From: Malacoraja senta
Taxonomy: Eukaryota
Assembly (NCBI GenBank): GCA_038087875.1
Contig: JAXLNO010000071.1
Location: 1-64,000, forward strand
Direction: 5' to 3'
Length of the DNA stretch: 64,000 nucleotides
Shown here: one piece after another, positions 62,701 through 64,000 of the stretch
How the letters are laid out: every line of letters starts with the position of its first letter
Position numbering within the stretch: the stretch's first letter is position 1
Notes under the pieces: generated by a model
Databases searched by the model: none
Seen by the model: only the letters and a program-made list of their open reading frames with translations
Told to the model about the DNA's origin: nothing
Translations under genes and position numbers: made by a program

Positions 62701-63714
62701 AAGGTACGTGTGGTAGGCTGCTGGGAAAGGTAACATCGCATAGGATCTAAGGACAGTTAGCCTAATGGATAGAAAATTGGTTTCATGTTGTGTGTGCCTC
62801 CGTGGTTCCATGGTTCAAGCCGTCTCAAACCGACTTCAGAACATAGAGTGAGTCATAGAGTGATACATTGTGGAAACAGGCTCTTCTGCACAACGCGCCC
62901 ACACCGGCCAACAATGTCCCAGTTACACTAGTCCCACTTGCCTGCGCTTTATCCATATTCCTCCAAACCTGTCCTATCCATGAACCTGTCAAACTGTTTC
63001 TTAGAATAAAGGGAGGCCATTTAAGACTGAGGTGAGAAAAAACGTTTTCACCCAGAGAGTTGTGAATTTGTGGAATTCCCTGCCACAGAGGGCAGTGGAG
63101 GCCAAATCACTGGATGGATTTAAGAGAGAGTTAGATAGAGCGCTAGGGGCTGGTGGAATCAAAGGATATGGGGAGAAGGCAGGCACGGGTTATTGATTGG
63201 GGACGATCAGCCATTATCACAATGAATGGCGGTGCTGGCACGAAGGGCCGAATGGCATACTCCTGCACCTATTTTCTATGTTTCAACGATGGGATTGTCA
63301 CACTTGCCACGTCTCCAGACACTTGAGACTCTCTCCTCACTCGTCCCCTGAACTATAAGAAGTTACGCCTGCATTTAATCTGCTCCCCTAATTTCTGACT
63401 TGGCATAAATATCTGAGATCATCACCAATTGTGTGCCGTCTAATCAGTTCTGCTTTCTCTCAGTTCGATAGCAGTTCTGAGTTCTATCGTTTCCAGGTCT
63501 GTGTCGTTGGGTTTCATTCGCGTTTGGAATTTGGGTTCTCTTCAGTAATTCTCGGTGAGCCTTCATTAAAATCCTTCCCATTTCTGAGCCAGATGGGTTA
63601 TCACCAACGTCTTGAACAATTAGAAAAATAGAAAATAGTTGCAGGAGGAGGCCGTTTGGCCCTTCGAGCCAGCACCGCCATTCATTGTGATCATGGCTGA
63701 TCGTCCCCATCAAT

Positions 63715-64000
63715 AAACATATAACCATATAACCATTACAGCACGGAAACAGGCCATCTCGGCCCTTCAAGTCCGTGCCGAACACTTTTTTATTTTTTAA
63801 TTTGTTTTTATTATTACTTCCCCCTAGTCCCATCTACCTGCACTCAGACCATAACCCTCCATTCCTTTCCCATCCATATACCTATCCAATCTATTTTTAA
63901 AGTATAAAATCGAACCTGCCTCCACCACTTCCACTGGAAGCTCATTCCACACAGCTACCACTCTCTGAGTAAAGAAGTTCCCCCTAATGTTATCCCTAAA
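63715..64000 (-). mobile_element. 3' end of a CR1 LINE (block A copy A4, mirror of A1), truncated by the window edge
   Basis: Reverse complement of 7214..7493, including the A-rich insert in the 3' UTR. Confidence 0.88.

Larger units (their letters stand above)
42059..64000 (-). repeat. Right arm of the inverted duplication; continues past the window end
   Basis: Reverse complement of 7214..29546 with scattered substitutions and small indels. Starts exactly at the end of the N gap. Confidence 0.95.

Overview
Eukaryotic, repeat-dense genomic DNA, most likely from a cartilaginous fish (skate/ray/shark). This is inferred from HE1-type V-SINEs with CR1/HER1-like tails, CR1 LINEs with an SGNH-esterase ORF1, Penelope GIY-YIG remnants and a two-exon GPR139-like receptor. 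The only host gene is a 325-aa class A GPCR. It occurs as two intact, about 99% identical, convergent copies: 11473..14012 (+) and 57171..59710 (-). Exon 1 is missed by the ORF track. The architecture is nested inverted repeats. Each GPCR lies in a ~14-15 kb cassette bracketed by inverted copies of a >=7.5 kb composite block 'A' (SINE/LINE/MITE mosaic plus a near full-length dead CR1). The whole region 7214..29546 is repeated in inverted orientation at 42059..64000, immediately after a 200-N scaffold gap. It is therefore either a true palindromic segmental duplication or an uncollapsed, possibly inverted, haplotype; the sequence alone cannot decide. The spacer (29686..41858) holds CR1/SINE/Penelope debris, a ~1 kb (TG)n tract and a decayed Gypsy LTR element cut by the gap. 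Repeat family names come from motif recognition, not database searches. Repeat boundaries are approximate and all identity figures are from manual reading.
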